Positions 1 to 9,560 of a DNA stretch of 64,000 nt are shown here, one piece after another (position 1 is the first letter of the stretch; every line of letters begins with the position of its first letter). Position numbers and translations under genes: made by a program. Origin of the DNA: Parcubacteria bacterium RAAC4_OD1_1 (GTDB lineage: Bacteria; Patescibacteriota; Minisyncoccia; Phycocordibacterales; UBA9973). Location of the stretch: positions 403,647 to 467,646 of the forward strand of contig AWSN01000001.1 in the NCBI GenBank assembly GCA_000505065.1, given 5' to 3'. The notes below the pieces were generated by a model. That model had not been told where the DNA came from, ran no database searches, and worked only from the letters and a program-made list of their open reading frames with translations.

Positions 1-1021
1 ATAACAATGGATCGATCAGGATTTTCTTTTTCAAATTTTGTAATAGTTAGGCCAATTTCTTTTGTCTCATAAGTCGGTAATTGTTGAGAATTAATAAATA
101 CTCTAGTATGGAGTTTCTTGTCATAATCTTCACCATGAAAAACAATAGCACCATCTGATTCTTTAAAAACTTCCCCAACATTTTCTCTAACTATTTTTTC
201 TCCTATCGGCGCCATCTTACTTTCAAAAAAGTAGTACCCGTCACTAAATTTTGTCCCTAGTAATTTATATATTTCTTCAAAAGCATCTAGTGTTACCTTT
301 CTTCCCCATTCATATATCTCATTTATTTTTTCATTAGACTTATCATAAATTTTTTTATTTATTTCATCTATCTCTTTTTTTATATTTTCATCTGTATCGT
401 AAAAATTACTTCCTTTCGAATAACATTCACCAATATATTGTGCTTTTTCTGACACTGTTTTATTTTCTTCTGGCATCCCAGATTGCAAAAGTCCATATAT
501 TGCTTTTGCAACATGAGGACCAACATCTCCTTGGTAATTTGCACGAATAGTTTCGGCACCAGAAAATTCTACTATTCTAGAAAGAGATTCCCCAATGGCA
601 TTTGTCATAAGATGTCCTATATGAAATGGCTTGAATGGATTTGGGTCAGTATACTCCACCATAATCTTTTTCCCTTCAAGTAAATCGTTCTTCCCCCAAC
701 TATCCCCTTTTTCTAAAATCTCTTTTACTTTTTCTGTAAAAAATTCTCTTGATAAATAAAAATTTATAAACCCAGGTCCCGCAACTTCTATCTTCTCAAT
801 TTCACCGAAGCCTTGCTTCGGTAAACCTTTTAATTCCAATACTATTTTTTCTGCCAAAATCCCCGGGTTTGATTTTAATTGTTTGGCACATATCATTGCT
901 ACATTAGTAGAATAATCCCCATTTTTAAAATCTTCTGGATGTTCAACATTAAAATTAATCTCTTCATTTATTCCAATTTTTTTTAAAGCTTCTTTAATTT
1001 TTTGTTCAATAATATTTTTCA
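1..1021 (-). CDS. argS: Arginyl-tRNA synthetase (partial; C-terminus lies beyond the window start). Not in the ORF track; translated by hand from the reverse strand.
   Basis: Reverse-strand translation starts MKNIIEQKIKEALKKIG with start codon at 1019-1021. It contains EVAGPGFINFY and the class I HIGH-region block VEYTDPNPFKPFHIGHLMTNAIGESLSRIVEFSGAETIRANYQGD, which aligns to E. coli ArgRS. Confidence 0.8.
802..830 (-). repeat. 29-nt palindromic element, copy 1, in-frame inside argS (tcaccgaagccttgcttcggtaaaccttt). Encodes GLPKQGFG.
   Basis: Identical 29-mer recurs at 33896-33924 inside ligA. It carries a 7-bp stem (accgaag/cttcggt) with a 5-nt loop. Confidence 0.75.
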
Positions 1022-2044
1022 TTATATTGCTGGCATTCTATTTGCTAATTTAACAAGTTCTATATCATCATAATGATCTAGTAAATCTTTAGTATCTTTA
1101 TCCAAAAGACCATTTTTTTGTTTTTCTCTTAATATTTCTAAATGCTTCCTTCCAAAAACTTCTTTTTCTGGATCAAAAGAAAAACCAAGACTGTTAAACA
1201 TTGAGCGTATTCTAGTATCTGTTTCTTGAATTTGCCCTACATATTCCCTATCTGGAGCACCATCTTTAAATTTAGGATTCCATGTACCACTAAATTCTTC
1301 AGCTTGTAATAATCCATCTTGAGCGGCATGTCCTAATTCATGAGATAATGTTTTTTCATCTATATATTTTCTTTCTGATATCATTCCATCTTGCACTCTA
1401 AGCGGAGGAACAATATTTTCTTTCATAAATACAGAATTTTTAGCTTCTTCTGGTAAATCATCCCTACCCCCAGGGGAATAAAAACCTGCACCATCTAAGA
1501 CTTCTGTTTCGTTAGTCATTTCAGAAATTACACTCTTGAGTTCTTCATATTTTTCTCTTGGTAAAATAACAGTCTTCACATTGTTTGTATTATTGATTAA
1601 CCATTCTTTTATGTTTAAAATATCTTCTTCTGTGGCTCCTTTTAATCTCAATCTTCTTTCTAACTCAGGAGAGTTAGCCCAATCAATTTTTGATTGTTTA
1701 GTTTTCTCAATAATATCTTTATAATCACCAGAAACGTCTGATTTTAATATTTCAGATAATCTAGTTTCTAATTCTTGTTTTTTATTTTCCAATCTTATAA
1801 TTTTATTTTTATTAAAATCAACTGAAGGAATAATTATTTCTCCTGTTAAACCTAATTCACTTCTAATATCACCAACTCTTTGAGTTGTTGTAATTATTGT
1901 TTCTTCGTTTGTATTTATTTTATTAGAAATATCCTTAATTTCTGATTCTAATTGATTAGAATCAGAAAGAGAAATCGATGTAGGTTCTTTTTCTACATTA
2001 ATCAAATTTTCTTTATTATTTTTTTGAATTTCTATTTCTTCCAT
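1022..2044 (-). CDS. Hypothetical protein with HExxH zinc-metallopeptidase motif (HELGHAAQ) and an N-terminal E/K/N-rich region
   Basis: 340-aa ORF. HELGH motif near residue 235. No recognisable family beyond the motif. Confidence 0.5.
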   Translation of the reverse strand: MEEIEIQKNNKENLINVEKEPTSISLSDSNQLESEIKDISNKINTNEETIITTTQRVGDIRSELGLTGEIIIPSVDFNKNKIIRLENKKQELETRLSEILKSDVSGDYKDIIEKTKQSKIDWANSPELERRLRLKGATEEDILNIKEWLINNTNNVKTVILPREKYEELKSVISEMTNETEVLDGAGFYSPGGRDDLPEEAKNSVFMKENIVPPLRVQDGMISERKYIDEKTLSHELGHAAQDGLLQAEEFSGTWNPKFKDGAPDREYVGQIQETDTRIRSMFNSLGFSFDPEKEVFGRKHLEILREKQKNGLLDKDTKDLLDHYDDIELVKLANRMPAI

Positions 2045-2082
2045 TTTTATATTTGAATATAATTTGCAAATCTTTCTCAGAC

Positions 2083-2505
2083 TTATTTCCTCCCTGTTGA
2101 TCCAAATGCTCCCTCTCCTCGAGAAGACTCACTTAATGTATCAGAAAATTCAATTTCGGGAATGGATACAGGAACTATCACCAACTGGGAAACCTTATCC
2201 CCCATCTCTACAGTATATGGCTCAGGGCTTAAATTTACAAGATGAGTATTATATTCCCCTCTATAACCTGCGTCAAATACTCCTCCTAAAGTATGGAGAC
2301 CTGCTTTTGAGATGCTCGATTTGTCAAAGATTTTCGCCATATATCCTTCAGGAAATTCCATCGCAAATCCATGCCAAAATCTATAATGCTCTCCTGGCTT
2401 TATGGTCACAGTCTCCATCGCATACATATCCATCCCTACATCACCAGGATGAGCATAGCTTGGTAATTTTGCATCATCTTTTAATTTTTTAATTTTAATT
2501 TTCAT
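2083..2505 (-). CDS. dut: dUTP diphosphatase
   Basis: The C-terminus (RGEGAFGSTGRK) carries the dUTPase GFGSTG motif. Start is likely the internal MKIKIKKLKDDAKLP rather than the ORF-track Met at 2523. Confidence 0.85.
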   Translation of the reverse strand: MKIKIKKLKDDAKLPSYAHPGDVGMDMYAMETVTIKPGEHYRFWHGFAMEFPEGYMAKIFDKSSISKAGLHTLGGVFDAGYRGEYNTHLVNLSPEPYTVEMGDKVSQLVIVPVSIPEIEFSDTLSESSRGEGAFGSTGRK

Positions 2506-2506
2506 T

Positions 2507-2758
2507 TTAACATTTATATCCAAAATTAATCATATCATGAATTCCTCCACCATTTGAAACATTTGTAAAACCAATTTGCTCCATCATAGACTTTGCGATA
2601 ATAGCCCGACTTCCAGATTCACAATAAAGCAATATTTCTTCATCTTTTGGAAATTCTGGAAATTTTCCATACATCATATCCATAATATCAAAAAGTATAG
2701 CACCTTCTATGTGTCCACAATTGTATTCTCCTCTTGTTCTTACATCTATTATTTTCAT
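2507..2758 (-). CDS. Single-domain rhodanese-like sulfurtransferase
   Basis: MKIIDVRTRGEYNCGHIEGA ... LYCESGSRA with the active-site Cys loop. The ORF-track N-terminal extension overlaps tmk, so the start is placed at MKII. Confidence 0.7.
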   Translation of the reverse strand: MKIIDVRTRGEYNCGHIEGAILFDIMDMMYGKFPEFPKDEEILLYCESGSRAIIAKSMMEQIGFTNVSNGGGIHDMINFGYKC

Positions 2759-2766
2759 ATCTATAT

Positions 2767-3477
2767 TTATTTTAATTTCTTTTTGACTTCTTTGTAAATC
2801 ATCTCGTGTATCTCTTCGCGAGAATAAATTTCTCCCTTTAGAGAACAATTTATCTTTACCCAATTCGGTTCTCTTTCTGCAAGCCAAAGTGCACTCTTTA
2901 TAGAATTCTTCATAAAGTTTTCATCAGCTTCATGTACATCTTTATGCTTTTTAAGATAAGCTCTTTTCATTTTACTACTATTCCTCTCTTCAATAAGCCT
3001 CATCACTATATTTATAGGTAAACTCAAATATATTGTTATATCTGGTCTAGGGATACCAAATTCTTTGTATTCCATCTGATCAAGCCATTTTATGAAGTCC
3101 TGTCTTTTCTTTGGATTCTCAATTTTACCCCCTTGGTGAATCTGATTTGCAGAAACATATCGATTTGCAATCACCACACATCCTTCTTCAATCCATTTTT
3201 TTATTTCTTTACTTGACTGCCATCTATCAGCAGCATAAAGAACTGATACAATCTTTGGGTGTACATTTATAAAATTATAATATTGCTCAGAAAGACAATG
3301 CCCCACAAATGCACCAAAAAAATTCTTATAATATTCTGGAAAGTCCACAATCTTTACTTTGTATCCTTCCTTTTTAAGTCTATCAGTAAGAAGGGCAACC
3401 TGCGTCGCCTTCCCACTCCCATCTGTACCATCAATGACTATAAGCTTCCCTTTTTTTATTTTCTTATTCTTTATCAT
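2767..3477 (-). CDS. tmk: Thymidylate kinase
   Basis: P-loop LIVIDGTDGSGKATQ and DRW-like lid. 236 aa. Confidence 0.9.
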   Translation of the reverse strand: MIKNKKIKKGKLIVIDGTDGSGKATQVALLTDRLKKEGYKVKIVDFPEYYKNFFGAFVGHCLSEQYYNFINVHPKIVSVLYAADRWQSSKEIKKWIEEGCVVIANRYVSANQIHQGGKIENPKKRQDFIKWLDQMEYKEFGIPRPDITIYLSLPINIVMRLIEERNSSKMKRAYLKKHKDVHEADENFMKNSIKSALWLAEREPNWVKINCSLKGEIYSREEIHEMIYKEVKKKLK

Positions 3478-3479
3478 TT

Positions 3480-3884
3480 TTAAGAAATTAATTTTTTATT
3501 AATAATCTCTCTTACATATAAATCTAACGGTTCAATTTCTTCAAATTCAGAAAATGTTATCCATTTATATTCATCATGTTCATCGCTTAAAACAACATCC
3601 CCATTTATATTACCCGTATACGTAAGTCTTACTATATGTTTACCCTCATTTCTAAATATGTCTTGAGCAGCAATTAATTTTGGTTCTTCTTCTAAATGGA
3701 GTCCAGTTTCTTCTAGAATTTCTCTTTTTAGATTATCTATTAAACTTTCTCCAATATTTATTCTACCTCCTGCTATATCCCACTTAGGTCCAACTTCTGG
3801 GTATTTAAAACTAGAACGCCGAAGAATAAGATATTTTTCATCTTTATTCTTTAATAAAATTTTTACTCCAACTCTAAAATCCAT
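3480..3884 (-). CDS. NUDIX hydrolase
   Basis: Nudix box GGRINIGESLIDNLKREILEETGL. Confidence 0.8.
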   Translation of the reverse strand: MDFRVGVKILLKNKDEKYLILRRSSFKYPEVGPKWDIAGGRINIGESLIDNLKREILEETGLHLEEEPKLIAAQDIFRNEGKHIVRLTYTGNINGDVVLSDEHDEYKWITFSEFEEIEPLDLYVREIINKKLIS

Positions 3885-3886
3885 AA

Positions 3887-5080
3887 TTAACTTCTCAAAA
3901 TCTTATCCATCTTCTTTGCGAGGGCGACCATATCTTTCTCTTTTTTGCCTCTTGTAGTTTCGGCACAAGTTCCAAGACGGATACCAGATGGATCCATAGG
4001 CCCACGTGTGTCTCCTGGAATAGTATTCATATTTACAATTATCCCTGCTTTTTCAAGCTTACTACTTGCATCCTTTCCAGGTATTCCTTTGCCCTCCATC
4101 CAAGTATCCATAAGTATAAGATGTGAATCTGTACCTCCTGAAATAATATGCCAGCCAAGCTTTTGTAGTTCTTTGGCTAAAACTTTTGCATTTTTAACGA
4201 CTTGTTTTGCATACTTTTTAAATTCTGGTTTTGAGGCTTCAAGGAATGAGACTGCGGCGGCGGCAATAGTGTTCTCGTGTGGCCCACCATAAAGACCTGG
4301 AATAATCGCTTTGTCTATTTTCTTATCAAACTCTCTTGTATCTTTTTTCACAAAAATTATTGCATGTCTTGGACCACGAAGAGATTTGTGAGTTGTTGTC
4401 ATCACTGTATCAGCATAAGGGAAAGGAGATGGATAAGCTCCCCCTGCTACAAGCCCCGCAAAGTGCGACATATCGACATGAAGAATCGCTCCACAAGCAT
4501 CTGCTATCTCTCTAAACTTTTTAAAATCAACAACTCTTGGATAAGCAGTAAATCCACAAACAATTAAATCTGGCTTTTCTGTGATTGCAAGTTTTTTAAC
4601 ATCTTCATAGTTTATCATTTCAGTATCTTTACCAAGCTCAAATTGAACACTTTTCCAAATCTTTCCTGTCATAGATCCAGGGTAACCATGAGTAAGGTGC
4701 CCACCTGATGAAAGTTTCATTCCCATTATTTTTCCCTGTTTACTTGTCTTTGGATCAAACATTGGGACAAGTGCAGTATAGAGAGCAAAGTTTGCAGGAG
4801 AGCCAGAAAGTGGCTGAACATTTACATGCCAATCTGTCATTTTTAATTTAAAAAGTTTAAGTGCTCTTGCAATAGCCAAATTCTCTACTTTATCTACAAC
4901 TTGGTTTCCACCATAATACCTCCTACCCGGGTATCCTTCAGCATATTTGTTTGTAAGTTTAGAACCAAGAGCCTTAAGCACATCCTCTGAAACAATATTT
5001 TCTGAAGCAATTAAATTCACGACACTTTTCTGTCTTTTCTCTTCTTCTTTAATAAGCTTCTCTATTTGTTTGTCTTTCAT
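3887..5080 (-). CDS. glyA: Serine hydroxymethyltransferase
   Basis: LIASENIVSEDVLKALGSKLTNKYAEGYPGRRYYGG and the PLP-lysine region VMTTTHKSLRGPR. Confidence 0.95.
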   Translation of the reverse strand: MKDKQIEKLIKEEEKRQKSVVNLIASENIVSEDVLKALGSKLTNKYAEGYPGRRYYGGNQVVDKVENLAIARALKLFKLKMTDWHVNVQPLSGSPANFALYTALVPMFDPKTSKQGKIMGMKLSSGGHLTHGYPGSMTGKIWKSVQFELGKDTEMINYEDVKKLAITEKPDLIVCGFTAYPRVVDFKKFREIADACGAILHVDMSHFAGLVAGGAYPSPFPYADTVMTTTHKSLRGPRHAIIFVKKDTREFDKKIDKAIIPGLYGGPHENTIAAAAVSFLEASKPEFKKYAKQVVKNAKVLAKELQKLGWHIISGGTDSHLILMDTWMEGKGIPGKDASSKLEKAGIIVNMNTIPGDTRGPMDPSGIRLGTCAETTRGKKEKDMVALAKKMDKILRS

Positions 5081-5126
5081 ATTATTGGTGGATATTTAGA
5101 TTTATAATACCCCCATTTTATCACAT

Positions 5127-5154
5127 TTGGCAAAAAAGAAGAAAAGGTTATAAT
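5127..5154 (+). promoter_or_regulatory. Sigma70-like promoter for thyA (TTGGCA-16-TATAAT)
   Basis: ttggca at 5127, tataat at 5149, ATG at 5161. Confidence 0.5.
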
Positions 5155-5160
5155 TAAGAT

Positions 5161-6033
5161 ATGAGAACATATTTAGATATAGTTAAAAAAATACTTGATG
5201 AAGGAAAACTCGAGGAAACGAGGACTGGCATAAAAGCTTACACCATTGCAGGTGCTATTTTTGAACACGATATGTCAAAAGGTTTCCCACTTCTAACCAC
5301 AAAAAAGACTCCATTTAAACTAGTAGCATCTGAATTAGAATTTTTTATAAATGGAATTACAGATAAAAAATGGCTTCAAAATAAAAATAATCATATCTGG
5401 GATGAATGGGCCAAACCCCAACTCGCTCCATATGGACATGATGAGGAATCAAAAAAGAAAATGCTAGAAGAAAGAGATTTGGGACCTATTTATGGTTTCC
5501 AATGGAGACATTTTAATGCACCATATAATAAATTTGATAGTGATTATACTGATAAAGGGATAGATCAATTAAAAAAAGTTGTAGAGACTTTAAAAACAAA
5601 CCCAAGAGATAGAAGGATGATCGTAAGCGCATGGAATCCATTGCAATTCAATGAGATGGCTCTCCCCCCTTGTCATTATTCATTCCAAGTTACAGTTATA
5701 GATGGTAAATTAAATTTACTTTGGAACCAAAGATCTGTGGACACAATGCTAGGACTTCCTTTTAATATTGCAAGCTATGCAATACTACTCCATTTACTTG
5801 CTAAAGAATCAGGATTAAAAGAAGGAAAACTTGTTGGATTCTTGGCTGATGTACACATATACGAGAATCATATAGAAGGAGCCAAAGAGCAATTGACTCG
5901 TGATCCAGAAAAATACCCATTATCTAAAATAGAAACAGAAAATTGGAAGTCGATTTTTGATTGGCATAGTGAGGATACTAAATTATTAAATTATCAAAGT
6001 TATGACAAAATAGCTTTTGAGATAGCTGTATAA
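5161..6033 (+). CDS. thyA: Thymidylate synthase (ThyA type)
   Basis: MRTYLDIVKKILDEGK..RTGIKAYTIAGA, the conserved PPCH(Y)SFQ active-site Cys region and DTMLGLPFNIASYA. Confidence 0.95.
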   Translation: MRTYLDIVKKILDEGKLEETRTGIKAYTIAGAIFEHDMSKGFPLLTTKKTPFKLVASELEFFINGITDKKWLQNKNNHIWDEWAKPQLAPYGHDEESKKKMLEERDLGPIYGFQWRHFNAPYNKFDSDYTDKGIDQLKKVVETLKTNPRDRRMIVSAWNPLQFNEMALPPCHYSFQVTVIDGKLNLLWNQRSVDTMLGLPFNIASYAILLHLLAKESGLKEGKLVGFLADVHIYENHIEGAKEQLTRDPEKYPLSKIETENWKSIFDWHSEDTKLLNYQSYDKIAFEIAV

Positions 6034-6141
6034 AATAAAAAGCTTCATAAATTATATTCTGAAAAAAGTCCTCGGACTTAGGGGACGGGAGCCGGCGCCA
6101 GACATTTTTTCATAAAATAATTTACTTCGCTAAAACACATT

Positions 6142-6666
6142 ATGATTCTTTCAATAATCTCCGCCATCGCAAATAACAATGAAATTGGTATGAAAAATAC
6201 CCTTCTTTGGAATTTACCGATAGATATGAAGCATTTCAAAGAGACAACCACGGGGCACCCAGTCATAATGGGGCAAAAAACTTTTGAATCACTAGGAACT
6301 TCCAAAGAAGGGCTCCCTGGTCGCCCACTCCCAAACAGAAGAAACATTATCCTCACACTTGATACAAATTTTAAAAGAGAAGATGTAGAAGTTTATTACA
6401 GTATAGAAAGTTTAGAAAAAGCGCTAAATGAAACTCTTCCTAAAGACGAGGAAGCATTTATAATCGGTGGTGGACAAATATATAGGCTGTTTATAGATAA
6501 AGCTGATAAACTTTACATTACTCACGTCAATGCTAGCTTCCCTGATGCTGATACTTACTTCCCTAATATTGATAAAAATAAATGGGAAAAGATTGAAGGT
6601 GCTAAATACCCCAAAGATGAATTGAATGCTTATGATTTAGAATTTGTGATTTATAAAAGAAAATAA
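6142..6666 (+). CDS. folA: Dihydrofolate reductase
   Basis: MILSIISAIANNNEIGMKNTLLWNLPIDMKHFKETTTGHPVIMGQKTFESLG matches the DHFR N-terminal signature. Confidence 0.9.
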   Translation: MILSIISAIANNNEIGMKNTLLWNLPIDMKHFKETTTGHPVIMGQKTFESLGTSKEGLPGRPLPNRRNIILTLDTNFKREDVEVYYSIESLEKALNETLPKDEEAFIIGGGQIYRLFIDKADKLYITHVNASFPDADTYFPNIDKNKWEKIEGAKYPKDELNAYDLEFVIYKRK

Positions 6667-6670
6667 AAAA

Positions 6671-6695
6671 GTCCAGGCAAGGCCTGGACTTTTTT
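6671..6695. terminator. Bidirectional rho-independent terminator between folA (+) and the MazG-like gene (-)
   Basis: gtccaggc-aag-gcctggac followed by TTTTTT. It has A-runs on the other side. Confidence 0.7.
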
Positions 6696-6706
6696 ATTAT
6701 AGAAAT

Positions 6707-7036
6707 CTACGGATCTACTTCTGTTTTAACTCTTAGAAAAATATCTTTTCCATCTGGAGTTTTATCTTTAATATATTTACGATTTTTATTTATCTCTATT
6801 TTTCTAATTAATTCTTTTTCAAGATCATAGCCAAGTATTTCACACATACCAAGCACAAAAATAGCAACATCAGCAAATTCTTCTGCAACCCCATCTTGAT
6901 TCTTACTAAATTTAGAATAAGCTTCTGAAAGCTCCTCATGGGCACGACAAAATTCAACAGCCACATCTGTAGTATTGAAACCTTTTTCTATTTTATTTCG
7001 CATTACTTCTTTTTGAAGTTCTTTTAAATCAATCAT
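6707..7036 (-). CDS. MazG-like nucleoside triphosphate pyrophosphohydrolase (small single-domain)
   Basis: The EELSEA ... EEFADVAIF divalent-cation-binding E-rich helices are typical of the MazG/HisE fold. Confidence 0.7.
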   Translation of the reverse strand: MIDLKELQKEVMRNKIEKGFNTTDVAVEFCRAHEELSEAYSKFSKNQDGVAEEFADVAIFVLGMCEILGYDLEKELIRKIEINKNRKYIKDKTPDGKDIFLRVKTEVDP

Positions 7037-7039
7037 ATA

Positions 7040-7528
7040 TTACATATTATCATAAACTTCCATATCCCCTAATATCTCAAGTTTTATATCTACCTCTTTG
7101 AAAATTTCCTTTGTCCTTTTTGCTCCATGATAATCTTTCAAGGCTACAACACGAACAATACCAGAATTTATAATACTTTGAGCACATTTATAACAAGGAG
7201 TCATTTTGCAATAAAGTGTAGCCCCCTCAATAGCAACACCGACTCGAGCTGCATTATTTATAGCATTCTGCTCTGCATGAGCTGTCCTTATGCAATGATT
7301 TGATTCTGTTCCATCCTCACTTGTTACCTTATGCATTTCGTGTCCAACCTGATCACAACTCTTTACACCAGAAGGAGCTCCAACGTATCCTGTAGCTAAA
7401 ATTCTTTTATTATTAACAAGCACAGCCCCAGCATAACCTCTGTCGCAAGTACCTCTTGAACCTACCAATTCTGCAAGTTTTATAAAATATTCGTCCCAAG
7501 AAGGTCTTTTTTTATTCTCTTTTTCCAT
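7040..7528 (-). CDS. dCMP deaminase (ComEB family)
   Basis: HAEQNAI ... CKMTPCYKCAQ zinc-binding cytidine/deoxycytidylate deaminase motifs. Confidence 0.85.
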   Translation of the reverse strand: MEKENKKRPSWDEYFIKLAELVGSRGTCDRGYAGAVLVNNKRILATGYVGAPSGVKSCDQVGHEMHKVTSEDGTESNHCIRTAHAEQNAINNAARVGVAIEGATLYCKMTPCYKCAQSIINSGIVRVVALKDYHGAKRTKEIFKEVDIKLEILGDMEVYDNM

Positions 7529-7564
7529 AATTTAAATTATATTACTTTTATTAAAATATTCCAA

Positions 7565-8869
7565 CTAAACTCCTTCTGGAGCTTGCTCGAGTTTGAGAGA
7601 TACTGTTTTCTGTATTCCTTTTGATAAAATTTTCATAGATACAGTTTGCCCGACATTCTTACGACGAATAATGTAAGCAAAATTATTATCTTCTGTTATT
7701 TTCTCTCCATCTATCTCAAGAATTATATCATTTTCAACTATTCCTGCTTTATCTGCTGGAGATCCTGGCACTACAGCAAGCTCGCTTTGATTCTGCCCTC
7801 GCAGTACAAGTATCCCATAATCAATAGACAATTTATTTGTATCTTTTATTTCTTTTGTGATAGGCACATATCTGATTCCCACATAAGGACGAATAATTTT
7901 CCCAGTAGAGAGCACTGAATCAATTATACTTTTAACACTATTTATAGGTAAAGCAAAACCAATATTTGAAGAACCTTGAACAACGGCAACATTGATTCCT
8001 ACGACATCTCCTTTCAAATTAAGAAGTGGTCCACCTGAATTACCCGGATTTATAGCAGCATCTGTTTGTATGACTTTATCTAAAAATTCTTTTTGACCAA
8101 AACCACTTCCTGCATAAATAGATCTTGAAAGTCCAGAAATAACACCTGTTGAAACTGAATTTTCAAATTCTCCAAGAGCATTACCTATCGCAACTACACT
8201 CTCCCCTATTTCTAATTTATCTGAATCACTCAAATTAAGATATGGTAAATTCTTTTCTTCAATTTTTAAAATTGCAACATCAAAAACAAAATCTTTAGCA
8301 ATAAGTTTGGCAGTATATTCTTTCTTGTTATTAAGTACTACTTTAAAGAAAGCCTCACTCTCATCTACCACATGCCTATTGGTAACAATATAACCATTGT
8401 TTGTTATTATAAATCCAGACCCACTACTAATTTGCTTTTCTTCAGTTCCATTTTCTTTATATTGTGGAGTTTGGAAAAAGAAATTTGGGAAAAATCCACC
8501 AAAATAATCATTGTAATTATTATTTTCTGGATAATAAACTTCATACTTAGGAACATTTTTATAAACCAAAACAGAAACAACAGCTGGCTTTGATTTCTTT
8601 ACAGCCTCTACTACAGAATATTCACCTGTTTTTGTTAAAATTTCTGGCTCTTCATTGTTTGTAATATTATTAGAAGAAATATTTACTTCTGGAATATAAT
8701 TTCTCACAATAAAACTTTTTATATCTTCTTTGTATTGCCATAATACAATAGAAAATACAAAAATTATTATTATAAAAGACAATAAACTCATAAAAAACAT
8801 TTTTAAAAATAAAGAATCATTTATTTTTTTAAACTCTTTTTTTATTTTGTCTAAAATTTCTTTCTTCAT
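7565..8869 (-). CDS. htrA: HtrA/DegP-family periplasmic serine protease with C-terminal PDZ domain
   Basis: Catalytic triad context TNRHVV, D, GNSGGPLLN. There is an N-terminal TM anchor. Confidence 0.85.
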   Translation of the reverse strand: MKKEILDKIKKEFKKINDSLFLKMFFMSLLSFIIIIFVFSIVLWQYKEDIKSFIVRNYIPEVNISSNNITNNEEPEILTKTGEYSVVEAVKKSKPAVVSVLVYKNVPKYEVYYPENNNYNDYFGGFFPNFFFQTPQYKENGTEEKQISSGSGFIITNNGYIVTNRHVVDESEAFFKVVLNNKKEYTAKLIAKDFVFDVAILKIEEKNLPYLNLSDSDKLEIGESVVAIGNALGEFENSVSTGVISGLSRSIYAGSGFGQKEFLDKVIQTDAAINPGNSGGPLLNLKGDVVGINVAVVQGSSNIGFALPINSVKSIIDSVLSTGKIIRPYVGIRYVPITKEIKDTNKLSIDYGILVLRGQNQSELAVVPGSPADKAGIVENDIILEIDGEKITEDNNFAYIIRRKNVGQTVSMKILSKGIQKTVSLKLEQAPEGV

Positions 8870-8897
8870 ATTTTTATTATATATTATTTATAATAAT

Positions 8898-9515
8898 TTA
8901 TCTTAAGGTGAAAAATCCTAATATCATTCCTATAAAATTAAGAATTGTATGAGAAATTGATATTAGAATAAGATTTGGGTATTTGTAGTACAACCAAGCA
9001 AATCCTAACCCTGCAATAAATGTCATAGGGAGAACAAAAGTTGCATTGAGATATATGACATGTATAAGAGCAAAAACTGAAGCATTAATAATTATTATTG
9101 AGTATGCATTTTTAAAAGCTCTTTTTTGCATATTCATAAGGATACCCCTAAAGACAACTTCTTGTAATACACTTATCGGAATAAACAATAATAAAAACTT
9201 AAAATTAGTCCACCAATTTAAAAATGGTTTATGTGGAGAAATCATAGATAACCAAAAAAGAAAAAGTGCTCCACCAACAGTAAAAATAAAATAGGGAGCA
9301 ACATCTTTCATAAAATTTGGGATAATCCCAAAATCTTCTTTTGTCCATTTTGCGTGTTTCACTATACCATACAAAAGTATAGCAACACCAAAGAGCATAA
9401 TTATACGAAAATCTCCTGGTATAACCTTAAAATAAAGAAGTAAAACAGGAACAATATAAAGATACAGTATTTGTATCCAGACTAATTCTTTTTCTTTACT
9501 ATTTGATATATCCAT
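8898..9515 (-). CDS. CPBP-family (CAAX protease / Abi) intramembrane metalloprotease
   Basis: Motifs QEVVFRG, FALIH and SISHTILNF in a polytopic membrane protein. Confidence 0.7.
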   Translation of the reverse strand: MDISNSKEKELVWIQILYLYIVPVLLLYFKVIPGDFRIIMLFGVAILLYGIVKHAKWTKEDFGIIPNFMKDVAPYFIFTVGGALFLFWLSMISPHKPFLNWWTNFKFLLLFIPISVLQEVVFRGILMNMQKRAFKNAYSIIIINASVFALIHVIYLNATFVLPMTFIAGLGFAWLYYKYPNLILISISHTILNFIGMILGFFTLR

Positions 9516-9560
9516 ATGAGATATTATATACCATTTTATTCATATCTCAAGTTTAAAATT

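Noticed and set aside
2064-2492. 142-aa plus-strand ORF overlapping dut
   Set aside because: Antisense to a confidently identified dut gene. Low-complexity product with no homology. Other long antisense ORFs (26854-27246, 45906-46421, 47516-47956, 49157-49426, 50312-50533, 58489-58776, 59159-59850, 60562-60849) were rejected for the same reason.
6078-6356. 92-aa minus-strand ORF overlapping the folA start and the GC-rich intergenic element
   Set aside because: Antisense to folA. It begins inside the GC-rich element and has no features of a real gene.
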